52,810 nucleotides of DNA from Asterionella formosa. Taxonomy: Eukaryota. The notes beneath the pieces are model-generated. The model was not told the DNA's origin. It worked only from the letters and a program-made list of their open reading frames with translations, and made no database searches. A program made the position numbers and the translations under genes. Below are positions 24,582-35,117 of the stretch, one piece after another. Within the stretch, counting starts at the first letter, position 1; each line of letters begins with the position of its first letter. The DNA lies in NCBI GenBank assembly GCA_002256025.1, contig NKIB01013710.1, positions 1 to 52,810 of the forward strand, written 5' to 3'.

Positions 24582-26795
24582 ATGAAGGGACATCCTCCTC
24601 CGAAGCATCCGTCCACATGTCAGGGATGTTCCGTCGTGTTTGAATCCAAAAACGCACTATTCCGTCACTTGCGAGAAACCAATGGCGGTTGTTTGACAGG
24701 AGACGACTATGACAATTTTGTTCATTATGGAGCAAAGGAAGCTCGTACCGTCAAGTCGATTGTTTTGTTTGGATACTTGCCGTCATGGTTAGAACGGAAA
24801 CAACGACCAAAAACTACTACTGCAAAGATTTCTTGTGGAAAAGATGCCGCCGACCTATTGGTACAGGTCATATCGACTGCCAATTCAGAGCGATGGACTC
24901 GGTCCTATGGATGTGCCTCGCGGGGGACTGTCATTACTCAGCAAGATGAAGGAACTGGAGCTATAACAGAATTACTATGCCTCAAATTAGTGCCCCTCCT
25001 AGACCCATTGACACAAGATGAATGGATATTACAAATCAATGACAAATTGAACCACCTCCTTCGAGACGATGACGCAGAAATTCGGGTCCTAGGACGAATG
25101 GATATGCCATTTGCAAAGTTCAATGCAGAAATGGATGTATCTCATCGTCGTATTGATTATTTGTTGCCGCTTGATTTCTTCCATGACGCAAACCAACAAG
25201 CATTGTCCAAACAAGCGTTTTTTGATAGTTTGCCTTCGTTTTCGGCTGGCTACCTTTCCAAAGAACAAAAAGAATTGCAACGACCTAAACCAGAAACATT
25301 GGCATATTTGCATCAGCTCAAGAGACAGAGGCAACTTTTGACGACACCAATTGTTGAATTGGATCCAAATGACACCGCTGCCATTTTGGAAAAGGAATTT
25401 CATCTCAAGAAACGTAGGCGCCAGAAAAAGAACAACAGTAATAAGGAGGGCGTTGCAAAAAGGATTGACCAAGAAAAAGACGAAAAGACATTTGGCCCTG
25501 TTACTGGAAACGTCCTAAGACGTCGTAGGTTTCACAACTTTACACCACGTGGTATGGCGCATGAGTTCTTGGCATTTCGACGATTGGATCGCTTCTATCA
25601 TCGAGCCACATTGAGGTTACATCATGGTCATCCTTTTCTTGTACTGTCGTTGACAGGAGATCTTTTTCTCAATGGACAAGCTCCTAGAGTTGTGGGTCTG
25701 TTCCTTGCCATTACCAAGGGAATGATTGATGAGGAGATTGTGGAGTGTATCTATGATGAAGAGTATCCTCACTTGGTTCCTACACCGCCAGCTCCATCTT
25801 TTGCAATGTTTTCTGGTGAGGCGTCGTACATAAGTTGGGAGGGAAAGGCCAAGGCAATTTTGACGGCTAGAAACGCGGATCGATACCCCAATGGGTTCAG
25901 TCGTCAGGAGGTATTGGATAGAACTACGGCATGGGAGAAGGTTATTCACGATAAAATTGCAAATGGCTGGATGAAGGAAGGTTTCGATCCAGATGGTCGA
26001 CTGGTAGCCGAACGAATGTGGTTCGAAGAAGTTCTGCAACCTTGGACAAAGAGAGCAAAGGAACAGCTCCAGGATTACCGACAATGGAAGGCACAAAACA
26101 AATCTACAACGGAACAAACTGAAACCTTGCCCCCACTTGAAACGGTTGATCAAACCATCCCTAAGTTGTATGAGAAGGTTTTGGAGTGCCTACGTAATGC
26201 AGACGCTAGTGGAAATTGGCCATCGACGACACCCAAACGCCAACTTGTTATGATTTCTACACCCAATGACGAAAACGTCGCCGACGCTCCGGCGTCCTTG
26301 TCAATGGCTCACTTGAAAGCCAAGGCAAATAACAAGGCGGAACGGTCGTCGGCTTATGCGTATGCAGAAGGTGAGGGTGGAGCCTCGGGGTCCTTCTCTG
26401 TTGGAGCCATGCCTGGCGAACTATGCATCCAACCAAAGGGAAATGAAATGTTCCCTGACTTGATGAAGGCTGCGTTTGAACTTGAGATTGCATTGTGCCC
26501 AAATCGAGAACCATCGTCGACGATTGCCATTAATCGAAATGCTCAATTCCGTCCCCACACTGATTCAGGTGCTGGTGCTGGTCAATCAACTTCATTGATT
26601 GTTGCCCTTGGAACTTTTGTTGGGGGTGAACTTGTCGTGGAAGGGGAAAAGAAAGATATTCGTTACAAGGCGATCGAATTCAATGGCTGGACGCAACGCC
26701 ACTGGACGATGCCATTCAAGGGAGAGCGTTACTCGCTCGTGTGGTTCACACCCAAGGGATGTGAAGGAATTCACGGCATTGACTTGTGCAAATAA
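24582..26795 (+). CDS. C2H2 zinc finger, TruA/Pus1-like pseudouridine synthase fold and C-terminal 2OG-Fe(II) oxygenase fusion protein
   Basis: CQGC..FESKNALFRHL. Pus1-like blocks FNAEMDVSHRRIDYLLP, RFHNFT, GDLFLNGQAPRVVG and PPAP. C-terminal HTD...GGEL...FNG...H.T.PF.GERYSLVWF (HxD..H triad plus RxS). Confidence 0.8.
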   Translation: MKGHPPPKHPSTCQGCSVVFESKNALFRHLRETNGGCLTGDDYDNFVHYGAKEARTVKSIVLFGYLPSWLERKQRPKTTTAKISCGKDAADLLVQVISTANSERWTRSYGCASRGTVITQQDEGTGAITELLCLKLVPLLDPLTQDEWILQINDKLNHLLRDDDAEIRVLGRMDMPFAKFNAEMDVSHRRIDYLLPLDFFHDANQQALSKQAFFDSLPSFSAGYLSKEQKELQRPKPETLAYLHQLKRQRQLLTTPIVELDPNDTAAILEKEFHLKKRRRQKKNNSNKEGVAKRIDQEKDEKTFGPVTGNVLRRRRFHNFTPRGMAHEFLAFRRLDRFYHRATLRLHHGHPFLVLSLTGDLFLNGQAPRVVGLFLAITKGMIDEEIVECIYDEEYPHLVPTPPAPSFAMFSGEASYISWEGKAKAILTARNADRYPNGFSRQEVLDRTTAWEKVIHDKIANGWMKEGFDPDGRLVAERMWFEEVLQPWTKRAKEQLQDYRQWKAQNKSTTEQTETLPPLETVDQTIPKLYEKVLECLRNADASGNWPSTTPKRQLVMISTPNDENVADAPASLSMAHLKAKANNKAERSSAYAYAEGEGGASGSFSVGAMPGELCIQPKGNEMFPDLMKAAFELEIALCPNREPSSTIAINRNAQFRPHTDSGAGAGQSTSLIVALGTFVGGELVVEGEKKDIRYKAIEFNGWTQRHWTMPFKGERYSLVWFTPKGCEGIHGIDLCK

Positions 26796-27023
26796 GACGA
26801 TGCAGGAATCATCAGTTGCGAGGGACTAGGCACTCACGAACTACAGGTGATTTATACGTAAGGCACGACGAAGCTAACATACTACTGTGCTTGTTGTTGA
26901 AATGATGTGATTCATTTTGTGCAACTGAAGGCTGACAATAGGCACTTCATTGCGTACAAAAAAGGGCATGTGTCCGCCTATTCTTGCCTGACTTCCGCAT
27001 TTGTAGTGTCACATCTGCTTAGT

Positions 27024-28007
27024 TTACTTTCGTGTTACCAATTTTCGCCACTGATTGATGTCTAGTGGCTGCCCGACGGCATTATCAACAATTATTCGTC
27101 CTGTCCTGCCGTCCAAAACGCAAAGTCTAGGAATACCACTCACTTTAATGTAACCAAGCAACGCTTCTCTTGCATCGTCGTCATAGTCAACTGCCAACCA
27201 AGGCATCTTGCTATAGTAGGACAGCATGCTCTTCTCATCATGGTCAGCCGATAAAAACACGACTTCGATTCCAGCGTTGGTATTCAAGGACTGATACCAC
27301 TGTACCAACTTTGGTGTAAATTGTCGGCACGGTCCACACCAAGAGGCGGATGCATACAAAAGAATAAATTCTTTCCCACCCAACGCGTCAGCAAGGGGCA
27401 TTTTATTTTCTTGTTTCAACAATGTTCCAACGAATTTAAAAAGTGATTTGATCCCATCTGAAAGACCCAGCGGTACAATGGGATCGCAAGGCACCGAAAA
27501 GACCTCGCTACCAACCGCTCGAACTCTGAATTGATAGCCACGAGGGGATGTGAGGTGCTTCTTAATGACTTGTGTTCCCGAGAGTGACGGTGCCACCGTG
27601 GTCCATTCGACGCCACCGGCTTGTTCCCTCATTTGCAATTCATAGGAGGCAGTATCATCTATTTTGTCCCATTGTATCAGCACCGCTTGATTCGAGCCTG
27701 CTCCTGATACAGTCGGCGCATTACTTCGAATGGCATTTTCAGGCAGTACCGAAAAGGCGTTTGGATGGGACACCCACGTCTTGGGGGATTCATCGCCGTT
27801 TCGCAGCGGACCTACCCGAAAGAAATACTGATGATTCGGGTCCAGATTCTTTTTTCGAGCTTGCGTCGTGGTCAGTTTGTCAGATAGTGTGGTGAATTCC
27901 TCGTCGACGGAGGCGCGATATTGTAGTACGTATTTGAGCGCTCCGGGAAACTCATTCCACGAGATGCTAAGAGAGTCGGATGTGGCGTCAATGAGGGCAA
28001 CCTTCAT
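27024..28007 (-). CDS. Two fibronectin type III domains fused to a nucleoredoxin/tryparedoxin-type thioredoxin domain
   Basis: Two FN3-like blocks (LSISW..YVLQYR..NLDP..YFFRV; VLIQW..YELQMR..YQFRVRA). LYASASWCGPCRQFTP, IEVVFLSAD, MPWLAV and VSGIPRL. Confidence 0.88.
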   Translation of the reverse strand: MKVALIDATSDSLSISWNEFPGALKYVLQYRASVDEEFTTLSDKLTTTQARKKNLDPNHQYFFRVGPLRNGDESPKTWVSHPNAFSVLPENAIRSNAPTVSGAGSNQAVLIQWDKIDDTASYELQMREQAGGVEWTTVAPSLSGTQVIKKHLTSPRGYQFRVRAVGSEVFSVPCDPIVPLGLSDGIKSLFKFVGTLLKQENKMPLADALGGKEFILLYASASWCGPCRQFTPKLVQWYQSLNTNAGIEVVFLSADHDEKSMLSYYSKMPWLAVDYDDDAREALLGYIKVSGIPRLCVLDGRTGRIIVDNAVGQPLDINQWRKLVTRK

Positions 28008-28269
28008 TATGCTATTGTGGAGTAGATTTGATCCGCTTTCGAGCGAATGGTCGTGTGATTAAAATGTGATTCTAACTGTCATGCAACGAGGATCGCCATA
28101 TTATTATTATAGAATCATCGTTATACGACACGTCATTCTGTTTAACGTTCTATATACCGGTGAATACTGAATTACTGGTTTATCAGCCCCTTCATGTACC
28201 CACAATCGAGTACCGGTATCCGAGTCGAAAATAACTTCGAATATAAAAATCGACTACAGGATAAGGGAT

Positions 28270-28450
28270 CATCAGGTACAGGGTACCAGGTACTGTTTAT
28301 TTCAGCGTCCTCAGGCGGAGGATGACTGCGTGTGTCTTGCGCTTGCTACCTGAGGGTACCTGGTACCAGGTACCATGGTACCCTGATACTTTGCTGCTGT
28401 ACCAGGCACAGGTACCGGTACTCCAGTACCTGGTACCATGTACCGGACCC
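28270..28450. repeat. Low-complexity GGTACC / TACCTGG / TACCAGG repeat cluster
   Basis: For example GGGTACCTGGTACCAGGTACCATGGTACC. Similar clusters lie at ~1200-1250, 4960-4980, 33035-33220, 36930-36990, 41080-41140 and 47425-47565. Confidence 0.75.
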
Positions 28451-28500
28451 GGTGTGCAGTCGTACGTTCACAAACTATCGAACGACAAGAACCAGAGCAG

Positions 28501-28762
28501 CAAGTTGCGGTAATTTTTCTCAACTAAAGATTTAGCTATGTTAATCCAAGATTAAATTGTTAATTTAAGCAAAATGACCGCAGAGGTTGACAACGAGTGT
28601 AGTCGGAGAAGTCAAACCGAAATTTGAGCACCTGCTTTTTTTTAAGCTGAAGAGATAAAACCCAATGGTACGAGCACGTCGTCGTAATTTTGCTTAAACT
28701 GACAATTTAATTTCGGATAAAGATAGCTAAACTTTTAGTTTCAGCAAGATTACCGGAACTTG
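28501..28762. mobile_element. MITE with ~78-bp imperfect terminal inverted repeats and a 3-bp CAG target-site duplication
   Basis: Left CAAGTTGCGGTAATTTTTCTCAACTAAAGATTTAGCTATG..TTAAGCAAAATGAC pairs with right GTCGTAATTTTGCTTAAA..GATAGCTAAACTTTTAGTT..ATTACCGGAACTTG. CAG lies at 28498-28500 and 28763-28765. Confidence 0.8.
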
Positions 28763-29456
28763 CAGGTACCACCATGGCAGCTAGACAACCTATGAAACGA
28801 TATTGTCGCAGAAGTGCAACAAATGAGAACAACTCCTTTCTTCAACTTCAAGTCGGATGACTCGACATGTTGATTCACACTTGAAACCTTAAAAGCTATA
28901 AATAATTAAGGTTCCTGCATTTGAACCCCTAGCTCGAGGTAGGGTCGAAAATAATAAAGAGTCAGAGTAGTCAAACTCACACTTCTTACGCCAAAAACTT
29001 AAATGTATATCGCTAATTAGAGCTTTCACCAATATACACCCTTTCCATATGCATAGATACAGTCTTCTGACAAATTATCAGGGGTGTAGGTCAACGCTGT
29101 ATATCGTCAGGATATAGGATCTGGCGAGAAACTGCAGAAAAGAACTTGGGTGATTTAACTATGCTGAAAATAGTGGATTTTACCAGGTGAACTCCTTTAT
29201 TTGGCCTAGTAAAAAACCGAAGTTTCTTTCTGCAGTTTCTCGCCGAAAGTTAACTTCTGGGGCTATATGAAGATTATCTTTGTGCTTAACACTTCTTCAA
29301 ACCCTGCCAATGCACAATATCGGCCTTTTCAATGGTCACCAAAATGTCAGAATCAGAATCACTAATCGCCGAAACGTCATCATTGGAATAGGAGTCTTGT
29401 GATTCGATTTTTCGTCCTAGTGCATGCTTCACTATAAAATTTTTGATTGGTCAAGT

Positions 29457-31787
29457 TCAATTACTTACCGACAATTGATTGGCCTGGTTTGCGTGGTCTT
29501 GCAAACCCAAGCTGGCCACACTGGATGGTGCACATGTAACATTTTCTTGGGTGTTGGCCGGTACAATATCCACAATAGTAGGTAGCTGATCATCATTGAT
29601 GATACGCATACCAGTGTGATCAGGCACTTTGCCTGCCGGTACATTGAAAGAACAGAGTGCACTGCTTTTCCATTGATGATCATTGCGGCCACAATGATTG
29701 CAGACATTTGCTCCTTTCCTTGTTCTTGTTTCCTGATGTTCCCTTCTGAGCACAACACCAGAACCATAAGTCTCACCTGATTTGTTATCTTGCCTTTCCT
29801 GTTTGACTGTTTCGAATCATGCTGCATTTATTTTTTTGCTTCGTTTCCTCTTTCATTTGAATTGTGCTTTATAGGCTCCATTGTCACTTCGTCGCTTTTC
29901 TTTTTGTCTCCAGAAGGATTCTTGCAGTGTTGACATCTGCATTCCACATTGCTTGAATACATTCCTTGTGTATTGTGTTGTTCCTTGTATGTGTTGCCCA
30001 GCAACCGAAGCCACTCGATATTGAAGGCCTCCAGATCCCGCAAACACCTTGTCTTTTCGACATTGTCGTGACACTGCATTGTTCATTGCCTCATTTATCT
30101 GCGTGTCAAAGGGATGATGCAATGATAGTAGCTTTTCGCCTTCGACTTTCGTTGCAACATGTCATGATATTTTCTATTAGTAACCATTTTTCCTGCTTTC
30201 ACAGGGAACCATGTCTCAGAGCAGTAATCGTGGCAGCCAAATAAATGGTTGATTGGTGCCTTGGAGGAAATACTAAATTCGGTCAGCAAGAGGTTTCGGT
30301 TTTTTTAATCCAAGCGCCATAGTAAAGTTTCAACCGGAGACAATCTTGAGACTGGGCCATTGGATTTCATAAAAGCTGGGTGGCTGGAGAAAGACCCGTA
30401 CTCTGTGGGATGGGTCAGACAGAAATTTAGGTTCGGGTACAGTCAGTGGAAGGCATCCTTTCTCCGATTTTTTAATCCTTTCAATGTTCTTGGCCATTGG
30501 AAGGATGGCTGTAGTTTCAATAACTCCTTATAGGACCACTTAGAAACAGCTCGAATAGTAGAATCATCATCACAGATGATTGTAGAGTAGATAACATTGT
30601 TTTTCATTACTGCATCAATCATCATTTCCACACCAGCATCTGGTTCAATTGCTTTCGAACTACCAGTTACATGATTTTTGGGACAAACATGTTTCTTGAT
30701 TGGTTTCTTGTACCGTATAGCCCTGTCGCACACATTACAGACCTTCGATTTCACTCTGTATTCTAGTATCTTTTTCGTGTAGCCGCCAATACAAAAAGCA
30801 TGTCCACTTACAGAGTTGTACTTATTCCCGCTCAACCGCTGCTGCCAGCCCATATCATAACTAACAGTGAGTCAAAGCATATTCCTTACAGACAAGCAAT
30901 CCGTACCAGTCAGACTCTTCCACCACTGAAAATCATGTCCTTAGTCAGCCCAGTCTCCTCGTTCATGCACATTGAGTGTCAGATATATTTCCTCCTGACA
31001 CGCCTCTTTCATTGCAAGAGCGGTTGCAGTAACTTTCAGCGTTTCCTACCATTTCCTCCACAACACCGACAAAGTTGCCTTGTGTAGACCAAAATCCAAA
31101 GTTAAGTGGTAAGTTCATTGTGGAGCAAATGGTATCTGCATCGGCCGTTCCCATTCCGGCTTCATGCATGACAACCCAAAATAAACTGTTTGTTGATAGG
31201 AAAGTATTTTGCTTCTATTGCGTTATTTCTTATCTCATCATTTCTGTCTCCATTGCTGTTGCTTCTTGCAGGTTCGAGTTTAGAAATCAGTTTCTGACAG
31301 GTCAAACAAGAGGCTTTGAATTCGCTTGCCAACCCGTAATTTTTGGAAGTAGAGACTACAATCAACGGTTGTTTCATTGTTGAAATCGGAAAGTCAAACA
31401 CATCCTGCTCCAGAAATGATTCACATTGCTGTTCAATGGACAGCTTTTGTTGTCTATTTGATGTAAAGTAAGTTACAAAGTCACGAATTGATTGTTTGCA
31501 ATATTCTTTTACAAATTAATTAACACAACTTTTGCAATACATATCTTCTTGCAGAAATTTCGACATTTTTTTATAGTCGATTATATGATTCATGTTCAGT
31601 TGAGAGCAGTCTGTTTTAATTGGTGACGATGTGATTGCTAGTTCAATTGGTGAAGTGGTTGTTTTAAGGGGACAAAAGGCATCTTAGAGATCCACCAATT
31701 TTGATTTTCATCGGTCGATATATTTCGTCCTTCTTGACCACCAACACCAATTTCGGAAATGAGACGGCTACCACTGGAACGTGGCAT
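29457..31787 (-). pseudogene. Disrupted DDE transposase of the Kolobok element
   Basis: Fragments in several frames: LTVSYDMGWQQR..NSVSGH..IGGYTKKILEYRVKSKVCNVC..HVCPKNH..GSSKAIE, IICDDDS, HLFGCHDYC, DTQINEAMN and C-terminal CNHCGRNDH..C. Start and end are approximate. Confidence 0.8.
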
Positions 31788-31996
31788 GATTTTGTCTTAT
31801 AATAGTTGGTTGGTGTTGCTTTCTTTTATGGCTGTTTGATTCGTTAGATTGTGTAAAAAATTAAAAAATTGTCATTCATGCCACCTCATTTCTAGAAGGT
31901 TTTGAAACATCATACGTAGGTGGATTGAAGTTCTTGATTTACTAATGAAATAAATGAAAATCGTAAAAACACTTATCACTAATAGATTTAGAACAT

Positions 31997-32442
31997 TTAG
32001 AACATTTGGAAGTTGGTTTTAAAACCAGTGTACATTTCTTCGTTTGGGTCCTTGTTCTTCAAAAGAGATCGAACCCACCCCCTTCAAACAATAGTCAAGA
32101 AGTTGCATTCGAACAACTTTTCCCAATGGACTACTGAAAACTCTGATTAGAAACTTGTACAGAAGATTGCGGGCTCTTTATGTCGTAATGTCTTCATCCT
32201 TCAACTTGGTAAGAATGGATTCACCTTCCAGAAACTTCTCCACCAACTCTTCGACTTCATCCCATCGGCACTGACATTCAGGGCAGCAAAAATCGCAGCA
32301 TTCGCAGAAGATGCGATCCTCACATCCCTCCACATACGACTCTACGCACAATCAACCGGTTTTGGCAGGTAGGACAGCTATCATGACTGTAGTTAAATTC
32401 GTCATTACCGTTGTCATCGTTTTGATGTGTAATTTCGCTCAT
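31997..32442 (-). pseudogene. KolX-like accessory gene (Cys-rich, P2X7 C-terminal-domain-like), disrupted
   Basis: Not in the ORF track. Manual translation gives CECCDFCCPECQCRW...*RARNLLYKFLIRVFSSPLGKVVRMQLLDYC and, after a frameshift, NEEMYTGFK. This matches the R..Y......LG...R..LP.C.....YTGF pattern. Confidence 0.7.
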
Positions 32443-33289
32443 GGTCGATTGTTGCTTTTTTTTGTTTCTTACCGGTAGTCCTCAACAATATTTGCCATGC
32501 TGCCAGCTCGTCTAACACATATAGTATGTTGATTGTATGATAGGGTATATACTAAACATTGAGCGATGGAGAATGTTTATGTATTTATTTATTGAATTCG
32601 AAAAGGAATCTATGTATGTACGCGCAAATGTCCAGTGATTCAAATATTTCAAATGGAATCACGTCATTCAAAACTAGCTAATAAAAATAGTTCCAGGGAA
32701 TTTCCTAGGCAACCCTAATCAATATTTTAATTTTTGCCTAGGGGTTCAAATGCAGAAACCTTAAATGAGCAATTACATTAAGGGCCCATTCGATATCTAC
32801 CTAAAAGGACTTTACTAGCGGTTCAAGCTACCAGGTACCCTGTTATCTATGCTTCACCTGCCTGCCTTGCTCATTGACGAATGAATGTACACACAAGGTA
32901 AGCAAATTGTTTCATCTATTACCCTGCACGAGTGCAAATGTACTTTACAGTTTACTTCTGAAACAAATAAATTGTTTCATTTTTTATTACCGGTGAGCAC
33001 TTGGAGGGTAACTCTGGATTAGCTAACGAAGGTGTCGTACCAGGGTAGTAGGGGAACCCGCATCCCGGTATCCCTGGTAGAGTCCCGGTATCCTTGCATG
33101 AAGCGCGCACATCTCATTGCTGTTGTACAAACGGACAGGCAGAAAAAATCCATTACCGGTACATTTAATGCTATTTATGTACAAAACCATGGTAGATACC
33201 GGAGTACGTGGTACCAGGTGCTGTTAGCATAGATCGTGATCTCCTGCCGTTCTTTGTATTTGTTTCCTCGTAGGAGGCACTTTTTTATT

Positions 33290-34175
33290 ATGATTGCGAC
33301 CCTCGTGATATGCTCGCTGTTTATAAGCGTCGCCTTTGTCGAAAGCAGAGCTCCACTTACCTTCGTCATTCCATCGAAACCATATCGAAATATCAACTTC
33401 AACAGTCGCCTGAACTCAATCGGGAACTTTTTCGCAGGAGTTTCTGGCGTCACTCCTTCCCAGCTCTTGGATCCTTCCTGGAAGCCAGAACTATTGCGAG
33501 GAACTTCACTCCAAGATACTGACCTGGAATGTGCGTATAAGGCCTCTCGTGACGGGTGGTCGGCGGTGGACTTTCACAGCAAGGTGGACAATCGTGGCTC
33601 TTGTCTTGTTGTTGGTTTGACTCGGACTGGCGTTATCTTTGGTGCCTTTAACCCGCTTGGTTGGATGTCTACGGATGACTACGGAACTTCAAACGCTGCT
33701 TTTCTTTGGTTCGTCAAGGGCAAGAAAGTGGTCAAATGTCCCGTACTGCAAGGAGGTACGTTTCAATGCTGTTGCCCTCAGGTTCAAGCGATTTTGCCAA
33801 GTGCATTAGCGTCATGTAGAAGAATATTTACATGTTTCCTTCGTTCGTTTCTCACATTTCTCATTTATATTGTTTCTCACAGGAAATGCTGCCATCTTTG
33901 ACTACGCCACAGGTGGACCAACGTTTGGTGCTGCCGATCTTTTTCTTGGATCTCCAAAAGCAGCCATTATGGGTGGATTTGCTGGCCCTGATATGATGGA
34001 TTCCAGTATCAATGCCGGAGATTTAAGGAAAGGAAGTTCTTCTTTAGGCGGAGCGTACAATATTGTTGTAGGATGGCCCGTTCGGGGTCAATTTCAATTA
34101 TCAGAGCTTGAAATCTACTGCAATTCCAACATTAAGGCCCGCTCGTCACCTACAGGGGGCTGGTGGCCCTTTTGA
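33290..34175 (+). CDS. TLDc-domain protein with N-terminal signal (likely plastid-targeted), 2 exons: 33290-33755, 33883-34175
   Basis: YKASRDGWSAVDFHSKVDNRG, IFGAFNP, AFLW and GPTFG..DL..ELEIY. Intron 33756-33882 (GTACGT..CACAG) is in frame. Hydrophobic N-terminus. Confidence 0.88.
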
Positions 34176-34763
34176 TTTTCCCTCTGACATGCCCTTGCAA
34201 ACCTCGGTTTCCCGATACACGTACCAATTACTCCTCCAACATTTTCACAATGCTTGTTTCTGTCTCTGTTTGTGCTCCAGCTTTATAGTCTGCTACGATT
34301 CACTTCTTTATTATTTCATATTTTTCCTAAATTAGATCCTGCGTAGGAAGTGGTCGACTATCTCTTGTTTATATGAGTCCAGATTGATATTTAATAGAAA
34401 ATTGGGTATGCACACTTGCTTCACCTGCATTCCTTTGTGATTCGCAAGAATGCTGTTTGTTCCATGGCTGACTCAAACAAGCGTTCTTGTTCATCGTCTC
34501 TAGTTCTTGAGAAACGCCACCAAAAGGAAATAGCTTCTCGGGAATTGGAATTGATAGGAATAGGTTCTCTTGGTAAGAAGTTGAGCATTGAGGGCTCCTC
34601 GTTGCGAGGCGATGAAAACTTCGAAAAGGGATTGCGAGATATTTTCATGGTCTTCTTTACATTAGAGAAATCCAAACACTTTGTGAGCTCCAGAAAATAT
34701 TGAAATTCCGATAGGATGAGTCTTTTCTTCATGAATGCCTCAATAGCCACAAGTTAGAGAAGA

Positions 34764-35117
34764 CTAAGCTTTCATGGCTCTTTTCCGTCCATGCTGACTT
34801 ATCTCGTCAAGCCGAAATGTATCAATACCGGGATCTCCTTGCAGTTTTGCCATCTCTCGGCGAAAATTGATATTTTCCACTCGCAATGCCTCATTCTGCT
34901 TGGAAAGTTCGTCAACGCTCTTTTGAAGTTCTTCCATGACTACCATTTCCCGAAATCGGCTCTTTTGTGCAGAACGGCGATTCGCTACGCGTCTACGTTC
35001 TTTATTTTCCTGTTTTTCTTTGACTCTGGGTGCTGTTGACTTGTTTCGGGTCATGATGCTGGGAAGTTGGGAGGGGGATGAAATTTGTGCTGGCAGTTTT
35101 CCTGAGAAATGAGCCAT
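34764..35117 (-). CDS. bZIP transcription factor; a downstream exon at ~34738-34421 is possible
   Basis: Basic region KERRRVANRRSAQKSR followed by zipper M..L..V..L..N..L..N..F. ATG at 35117. The 3' exon structure is uncertain. Confidence 0.75.
   Translation of the reverse strand: MAHFSGKLPAQISSPSQLPSIMTRNKSTAPRVKEKQENKERRRVANRRSAQKSRFREMVVMEELQKSVDELSKQNEALRVENINFRREMAKLQGDPGIDTFRLDEISQHGRKRAMKA

Larger units (their letters stand above)
28910..32760 (-). mobile_element. Kolobok-superfamily DNA transposon, full length but coding-degenerate
   Basis: 23-bp TIRs GGTTCCTGCATTTGAACCCCTAG (28910-28932) and CTAGGGGTTCAAATGCAGAAACC (32738-32760), one mismatch. TTAA on both sides (28906-28909, 32761-32764). 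Contains DDE transposase and KolX-like relics. Confidence 0.85.

Noticed and set aside
26870..26965. ATGAA...TGAA on the minus strand downstream of the nucleoredoxin as a second SECIS
   Set aside because: Helix register and AA position do not fit, and the gene has WCGPC and a TAA stop with no in-frame TGA.
28906..32764. piggyBac or Mutator assignment for the TIR element
   Set aside because: Ends are GG..CC rather than CCC..GGG, the TSD is TTAA rather than 8-10 bp, and a KolX-like gene is present, so Kolobok fits better.
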